Shown: piece by piece, positions 55,506-64,000 of the stretch
How positions within the stretch are numbered: position 1 is the stretch's first letter
How the letters are laid out: every line of letters begins with the position of its first letter
Assembly (NCBI RefSeq): GCF_006345805.1
Contig: NC_043012.1
Span: 12,214,001-12,278,000 of the forward strand
Length of the DNA: 64,000 nucleotides
Reading direction: 5' to 3'
Source of the DNA: Octopus sinensis
Taxonomy: Eukaryota
Translations under genes and position numbers: made by a program
The notes under the pieces: model-generated
Told to the model about the DNA's origin: nothing
Database searches by the model: none
Seen by the model: the letters and a program-made list of their open reading frames with translations, nothing else

Positions 55506-56338
55506 TCCATGCAGTTTCCGTCGACTTAATTCAGTAATACTTTTTTACTTTTTACTCTTTGACTCCGACGTGTGTGAAAATGATAGTTAAGGTCTTCAAC
55601 CGTCTCGTCACTATGTCCATTACAGACGTGGCTTGCAAATGTCAGAGATCTACAAATCCACTTAGTGAGTCGCAATGCTGAAATACTCATTTTTCAGAAT
55701 ATATAAAGAAGTGACGGATTTCTTCGTTAACAAAGCCAGACAGTTGTTGTGGCAACACATCGCACACGGATTATATTTACGGCTTTACCTCGTTAAATAT
55801 ATACACTGCTGTAGCTACTTTGTGAAGTAACTTTCATCTAAGCAGAGTAATCGTTAATAGCCTAGAGAATGAAGCAGCAAAATATCAATGTCTTGAAAGC
55901 GGATAATGCAAAGCAAAATAACTAGATATAATTTACACAAACACACTGGTCTTCTATTTCTTCCATTGACTAAACCATAAGACGTTGTAATCATTGTTAT
56001 TCAGAATCGGTGTAACTCTATTTCTCGTTGATTGTCCCTAGATGCTTCCAAACTGAGCAGGTATATGACCACAGACATTGAAGTCGCGAGAAACTTACTT
56101 CTTTCTATATCAGAGACTAAATTATCCTATATATCGTTATTTAAGACGGTTTTGTTTGAACTGGCCGAGTATTATCTTTTGTTACGGTTGTGCTGGAAAT
56201 TGAATTGTTGCTGGGATTTCCCCTTGTTGCATACGTACTTCTTGTATTGAGTATTCACCTATTTCCTGTTATTTATATTATAGGAGTTGTTAATTCTGGG
56301 TGGGTATTGCGATATATTCGTATCTTTTTTTACTGCTT

Positions 56339-56406
<68 letters not shown>

Positions 56407-56543
56407 GTGTATATATATATGTATATATAATATATATATATGTATATATATATATGTATATATATATGTATATATATATATGTATATATATTATTATATA
56501 TATATATGTATGTATAAATATATATATGTATGTATATATATAT

Positions 56544-56609
<66 letters not shown>

Positions 56610-56825
56610 CTAATCCAAACATGAACAAAGAGAAGACACAACAATGCGAGGACGTGGAACAAGTATAATGTTATTGTTATTGGACGCTCAGGAACGGAAA
56701 GAAAGAAGGAGGATTCAACGTTTCGAGCGGAGCTCTTCGTCAGAAACATAGAAAACAGAAAGGTCCAAGGAAGGGAAAACGGAGAAAGAAAATTGCCAGT
56801 GATACACACGCGGTCACATACTGAA

Positions 56826-56826
<1 letters not shown>
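56610..56826 (-). mobile_element. Short Penelope-pLTR-like element with hammerhead-like core, between (TA)n(GA)n and (TA)n
   Basis: Minus strand: GTTT-CTGACGA-A-GAGC-TCC-GCTC-GAAAC-GTT-GAAT (56713-56747). Confidence 0.65.
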
Positions 56827-56867
<41 letters not shown>

Positions 56868-58034
56868 TGGTCGTGGTGTACATCATAGTTTATATATAAA
56901 TATTTACATGTGGGATTTGTATTATGTATTTCAGTGGTGTTGACCTGGTTATTTGGCTATGTATTACCTTGAGGTAAAATGTCTTTTTTTGTGGAGCTAC
57001 AATTATCGCAAATTTAGTTTTAGTAGTTCCTTATACTGGAGAGGTATTAATTTATTGAATTTGGGGGATGTTTTTCTCTTGATAATGCTACGGAGACATT
57101 TTGGCATTTTGTCTTTTACGATAGCGTTTCCCTAATGATTTTACGTTTGTGTTGGTGCATAAATGTTGGGTGAGTGTGTCTGTGTGCATGAGCGTGTGTG
57201 TGTGTGTGAGAGTGTGCGTGTATATGAGTGTGTGCGTGTTTGACTGTGTGTGTATGTGTGTATGAGTGAATATACGTTATGTAGATGTGATGCATATAAA
57301 AGCAATGCCTTTATATAACAAGTCTTCCAATTCATGCGGTTAAGTGTTTGTAATTGTTGATGCACACAAATGTGTGTCAGTGTGTGTGTGTGTGTGTGTG
57401 TAAGCGTAAGAATTTATAACATGAGTTTCTTTCGGTAATTCAACACCTGAATATTGATTCAATATCGTTTACGTATTTAATAGTAAATTCAATGGAATGC
57501 ATGACAAGGATACCTAAAATTGGCAGACTGTCACAATTTATAGCCTTGTTGAATAACATGATACCATTTCGTATTCAATGTTTATCGTATACACTTCGAT
57601 GAGATAAAATCTTTTCAAAGTGGTGTCCCAGCGCAGCTGCAATCAAATGACTGAAACAAATAGCAAATAATATAATTTTGGAGAACTAAAATATGCCAGA
57701 GACTGCACTTCTACTATATAATGCAATTTAATTTTCCTGTACAGTACGAATATTTAAAGTCCTGTTTTTATATTCTATCTCCAAAAACTACAACAAGGAT
57801 GAAAAGAAAAAAATATTTTTGCCAAGGGATACATGCTGCTAAAGGAAAATGAAAGAAGAAATACAAATTTAGAAATACCATCTCCGTGGGGATAGATTTT
57901 AGTCTGCTACATTCCGTATATTTTTCATACTATACGTCATTAAGAGATGCTTTCTCGCGACATATACTTCCGCTTAAAAGGTTTCCTACGATGTGTCTAT
58001 GTTAAATATGACACGCTGTTTGCTGATCTGAACT

Positions 58035-58370
<336 letters not shown>

Positions 58371-58463
58371 AAAATATTATTAGAGACAAAACCACTATTT
58401 TGCAAAACAAACAGGAAAGACTTAATCAATACATAAAATTTTAATAAATAGTCAAAAAAACCG

Positions 58464-58506
58464 CCACTACAATTGTTTCTTGTCTTGATCGACAATCTTC
58501 AGGTGG
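58464..58506 (-). ncRNA. Minimal type I hammerhead ribozyme
   Basis: 5'-CCAC CUGAAGA UUGUC GAUCAA GACAA GAAAC AAUU GUA|GUGG-3'. Stem I CCAC/GUGG, intact core, 5-bp stem II (U-A closing pair), palindromic stem III ACAAUUGU, GUA triplet. Confidence 0.8.
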
Positions 58507-58529
58507 ACTTCCAATCTAAAATATCAATA

Positions 58530-61480
58530 TTTTAAAATATAAAAATAATAATTTTAAAATAATTAAAGTATGAATGAAAAAATATAAATATATAATCCAT
58601 ATATAACCTATATATAATCCATATATAATCAATATATAAACATATATAAACTAAAATAAACCTATCAACAATATAAAATATAAAATATAAAATATAAAAT
58701 ATAAAACAAAACAAAAAATAATAATAATATAATAATAACTATATATACACCCATACATATATACCTAATTATATATAACCATATCTAACTACATACACTA
58801 AATCACACCCCTATATATATATCCCTATACATACACATAAAACGTCTAGGCAACTAAAATAAATAAAATAGCTAAATACTTCAACACAATACTTATTCAT
58901 ACTCCCACCACACACACATACAACCCACATTCACGCTCTAGAAAACGGACATCACTTAAAATTATGAACGGAGAAATGGAATAAATGGAATTAAAAATTA
59001 TATTCACTTGGTAAAACGAACACTACTTAAAAATTATGAATGAAACAATGCGATAAAACAACAGACATCGCAAATAGACACAAATTACTACGAATTCCTT
59101 AACAAACCTACCATGATAAACCAAAACTCATAAAAACTATAATGATAAAATAAATCTCCCTTTACTAAACTCTATAACATACCTATATAGCAATCCCCCT
59201 AACCTAAACATTCACACACAAATACACACACACGTAAACCACACACCCACGACATATACAAATACGCACACACACTTACACATACCTATACATACATATA
59301 AACCTCAACATATACTCCAAAACCCACTCAACCCCACACAGACAAATAAACACAAAAATTATGAATGGATTCTTTTATAAAACTACCATGATAAGCTAAA
59401 ACTCACAAAACATAAATGATAAAACCTCCCTTTACTAAACACTATAACATACTTATATAGCAATCCCTTTAACCTATACATTCACACACAAATACACACA
59501 CGTAACCACACACCCATAACAAATACAAACACCCACCCCACTCAACACCCCACAAGTACATATAAGCCTCAACATATACACCAAACAATTACTTTACCAA
59601 GGAACTTAAACTATGTATAAAAAGTATAACCGCTCTGGAAACGAACATCTTTTAAAATAATGAATGGAGAAATGGAATAAATGGAATTAAAAATAATATT
59701 CACGTGGCAAAACGAACACCACTCAAAAATTATGAATGAAACATGTAATAAAACAACCAACATCGAAAATAGACAAATTACCACGAATTCCCTAAAAAAA
59801 ACCATGATAAACCAAAACTCTTAAAAACATATAACGATAAAATCTCCCTTTGCTAAACTCTATAACAAACCTATATAGCAATCCCCCTAACCTAAACATT
59901 CACACACAAAAAACACACACGTAAACACAGACCCACGACTTATACACATACCTATACTAACTTATAAACCTCAATATACACCAAAAACCCACTCCCTCCC
60001 CACACAGACAAATTAACACATACATCCAAAACCTAAATAACAAACCCATATACACATTCACACACAAACACACACACACGCAAAACACACACACACACGC
60101 AAAACACACACACACAACAGATACATATACTCCCTCACATATACGCATATACATACTCACTAAACTCGATATATACACAATATTTACACACCCACACTCA
60201 TACAGATAAATAAATTATACAACTAAAAACTCACACACTATCTCATATACATAAACACTCCAATAAAAACAACATTAAATACATCGTAATTAACCAGAAT
60301 ATCAAAAATAACAATATGACATAAGGAGAAATAAAATACATACTTACAAGTCAGTTTCAAATTATGAAGTGAAATTAAATTCTTAGCCGTTAAAAAAACC
60401 AAACCAAAATTACGTTACCATAGAAATATAACTTATGTAAAAAAAAAAGAATACGCGCCATGGAAAGTAAACGTCATTTAAAATTATGAATGGAGAAATA
60501 GAATAAATGGAACTAAAAACTATATCCACGTGGCAAACCAACACTACTTAAACAAAATTTATATTATGATGGATTCTTTAATAAAACTACCATAATAAAT
60601 TATTATATACAATTATGAGCTTTAGCTCATCTTAGCAGCTCTAACAAACAACTTGCAGTAACCCAAATCTATTCTCGATACCTGCCTTACTACTACACTA
60701 TTCCATTCCCAATTCCAAGCAACGCTAGCCCACCACCCGGTTACAATTCCCAACTCCACCCATTCATTCACAATTTCAACGACGTTCAACTCCACAGCGC
60801 TACATATAAGCCTCAACATATACACCGGAGATTCGCTTTCAGTCCGTTCGGATGGGTGAGAGTATACATTGAGTGTAGTGATGGGGCTCCCATTACTATA
60901 CACATTTGTACCTGTGTGGTAGTCTCCATGTGTATATTCACGCACGGGTATAAATGCAGGGGGTACACGCGCACGGCATGTACGTGTACCCCCTCACATG
61001 TACATATGCATGCTAGTTGGGCTCGATATGTGCAACAATGTAATCGCGCCGCATACATGCATATGGGCGAGTTGCACAATCAAAATACGCACACGTGTGT
61101 GTGTGCGTTCCCTGGTTGTGCAATTCACCCATCTGGGTGTGAGTGGGTGTAAGCGTATTGCTGTGGATGTCGAGCTTGATACGTATGTATATGAGTGTGT
61201 ATTGGGGGGTTGTACGTATTTATTGTGTGCATGTGCTTCACGCACGTGCGTCCATGTATGGATGAATATATTGGGATTGCTATGTGGGTGTAAATTGGGT
61301 ATAGAGGGGGGAGTTTTGTCATTGTATGGGTGTAGGTTTCATTTGTGATGGTGGTTTGTTGGTGATTTTTAATATGTTCTGTATATTTGGGTTAGTTATG
61401 TATTATTCTAGTGTGTATAATTGTATACATATGATTGGTGTGAGTGGGATTACGCCCATTTTTGGGGATGTATGTGTTTA
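58530..61480. repeat. G-depleted, noisy tandem block ending in a fold-back (possible assembly artefact)
   Basis: ggagaaat(g/a)gaataaatggaa at 58970, 59666 and 60492; acatataagcctcaacatatacacc at about 59558 and 60802; inversion axis near 60976. Confidence 0.7.
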
Positions 61481-61589
61481 TTTGTCCGTAATATATATAT
61501 ATATATAAATTACAACACTCATATATACACGAGTATGTATATGTCTGTTTGTCTATCCATCTATCTATCTATATTCTTTTATTCTTTCT

Positions 61590-61790
61590 TTTCTTATTTT
61601 ACTCCTTTGAGTCATTTGACTGTGGCCATGTTGGAGCACCGCCTTTAGTCCAGCAAATCAACCCCAAAACGTATTCTTTTTGAGCCTAGTACTTATTCTA
61701 TCGTTTTCTTTTGCAGAACCGCTAACTTACGGTGACGTAAATACACCAGCATCGGTTGTCAGGCGATGTTGGGGTGCAAACACAGACACA
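61590..61790 (-). mobile_element. SINE family B tail half
   Basis: gtcatttgactgtggccatgttggagcaccgcctttagtc...cttattctatcg...gaaccgctaacttacgg.gacgtaaa. Confidence 0.85.
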
Positions 61791-61818
61791 CTAACCTATA
61801 CACACACACAATGCATAT

Positions 61819-61901
<83 letters not shown>

Positions 61902-62630
61902 CACGTTGCCTCACTCTGCTCAGCTGTATATGAATAACTTTGTGATGGAATGGTGCCACTCTCAGTAGGGTCGTTGCGATGTCATACGCATGGAAAACGA
62001 GTGGGTCCTACCAATGAATCCTAGGACTCGAAGGAATAATTTATGCACACACACTCACTCACACGCAAATCTATATGCACATACAAGCACTCTTCAAATC
62101 TGATGTGATTTATCGTTTGATATTTCTCACAAAAATAAAAAATCCGAATATATGCGATACTAGAAATTAAGTATAGATTTGGGAAAGGAAAATTGAAGTA
62201 AAACCTCTTAAATGAAAAAAATATAGCACTGTATTTCAGAAGTAGTTATAATGAAGTATGCAACTTAATGTCTATATCTTTCCAATTTCATAAAACATAA
62301 CATCGTGAAACATAGTTTTCTATAAACTACACGCCCTTGAGGTAATTTCTTTAGCTTCACAATGTCAATTGGTTGTCCTAGCAACGAAACAGTCATAATT
62401 ATTCTGTTTTACGCAATACAATGAACTAGTATTCCAATGGTGTTTGAATTCATTATCGAGTGTAAATTACCGAAAGGTAATTACTATAGTATTTTTTTTC
62501 TTTAGTTCACAATTCACATGATATGTATGCCTGTGGATTGTATGAAAAGTTTTGAGCTTTCAAGGCATTGAGCCTTGAAGTCTTGTACAATGTTTTTTTT
62601 TGGAGGCTGAAGACTTTTCATATACTCCTA

Positions 62631-62667
<37 letters not shown>

Positions 62668-62706
62668 ACATCATATATAATATACATATATATATATATA
62701 TATGTA

Positions 62707-62737
<31 letters not shown>

Positions 62738-62757
62738 TATAATATATATATATATAT

Positions 62758-62939
62758 AACAATTGCAGCGTGAAGGTGTTTATAAGCCATTTAACAAATC
62801 AAATTTAAATGTTGACGTGAATCTAACGGTTTTTTGTGTTTTCTTAAATGGCTTATAAACACCTTCTACGCTGCAATTGTTTTTCATTCAGCACACGATC
62901 TCAGATCAAGTCACTCGCTATGCAAGTACATCTCCGTAA

Positions 62940-62940
<1 letters not shown>
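62758..62940. repeat. (TA)n-embedded insertion with 37-nt fold-back arms
   Basis: aacaattgcagcgtgaaggtgtttataagccatttaa (62758-62794) versus 62844-62881; the insertion continues about 60 nt to (TA)n at 62940. Confidence 0.85.
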
Positions 62941-63021
<81 letters not shown>

Positions 63022-63539
63022 TTACACACATACACAAAATGGTTTCAGTTATTATACAACAGCCGTGGTGGAGTGAAGCCTCGAAGAATTTTACTCGAAG
63101 GCATTGACCCAAGTACTTAATATTTTGAAGGCTCGCTCTTATTTCATCGGCATCTTATGCCGAACCGCAAAATTACAAGGATGTAAAAACATCAATACGT
63201 GTTGTCAAATGGTAGGTGTGGGCAAATACAGACACAAAATATACTTGAATCTACATACAGTCACATATACATACATACATAAATACACACATGTATACGA
63301 CGGACTACATTTATACGACGCTGCCTATGAGCAAAGAAGTTTTAGCGTTGATTATTTATTACGAGCAAAACGCCCCCCACCCCCGTACAATGGACGGTGC
63401 TGAGTTGTCAAACACTTAAACCAAATTTTCTCAACACAACTTGTCCGACCGTCTCATAGGCATTCCCATTGAAAAACACTGATTTAACCTAAATTTGAGA
63501 CACAAGCAAAATACGGATTTCCACTGGTGTACTTGCGCG

Positions 63540-63733
63540 TATAAATGCACGTTCCCATGGCTTTATCGATCAGATTCTCACCTGGAATCGATTTTTGTAA
63601 TTTTTCAAGATTTATACACGCCCTGATACCGTCGCCATCTACATATCAAATTTGAGCGCAATCGGATGGGGTATGCCCGAGATCCTAGAAGACACACACA
63701 CACAGACAGACAGAACGGATTTTATATAATAGA
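63540..63733 (+). mobile_element. Possible non-autonomous Helitron/Helentron-type 3' end
   Basis: catatcaaatttgagcgcaatcgg...gagatcctag-(CA)n(CAGA)n-gaacggattttatataatagat resembles HINE/DINE-type subterminal layout; resemblance only. Confidence 0.4.
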
Positions 63734-64000
63734 TAATTATATCATCCAATACGTCCCTCTATCGTAGGGTGAAATTTAACGAAGATACAGTTGCTATTTC
63801 TAGCAGGTCAAGGTGCGTTTAACAGCTTCACTATATACCTTTAGGCTTTCATCATACGTTATTTTCACGACCGAAAGAGGAAATCCTAATCTAAATGTTT
63901 AATCCAGTCACCAAAGACAAACTAAATAAACAAGCGAATGTAACGGGAAGAAGATTGAAAGCATTAACAAACGTTTTAGTATATTATGGCTATCAACACG

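Noticed and set aside
56860-57160. Possible Penelope linker remnant on the minus strand
   Set aside because: A K-rich stretch (IIKRKTSPKFNKLI) is suggestive but not diagnostic.

Overview
This is AT-rich, repeat-saturated eukaryotic non-coding DNA. The SINE families and the extreme microsatellite density look like an octopus (coleoid cephalopod) genome; this is recognition of repeat families, not a database result. I cannot support any intact host CDS: nearly all long ORFs are translations of (TA)n/(CA)n/(TCTA)n/triplet repeats. Recognisable content: two decayed copies of one mariner family (2.1-3.4 kb, 40.1-41.4 kb); a head-to-head rearranged second mariner (36.6-37.1 kb); 3' fragments of R4/Dong, RTE, HERO and probable RTE-X non-LTR elements; a decayed Penelope-like element (RT thumb plus GIY-YIG) with an internal tandem duplication; and about 25 tRNA-derived SINE copies, three with clean TSDs. 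The most interesting signals are: (1) four hammerhead-ribozyme-like motifs in short elements, each ending about 70-105 nt later at a (TA)n tract, one with a complete type I fold (58464-58506, minus strand); (2) several small fold-back hairpins anchored at TA/(TA)n; (3) a roughly 99%-identical 1.35-kb palindrome (45202-46551); (4) two plus-strand AG|GT candidate recursive splice sites (13075, 43704), suggesting the window lies in a giant intron; (5) a noisy, G-depleted tandem/fold-back block (58.5-61.5 kb) that may be an assembly artefact.
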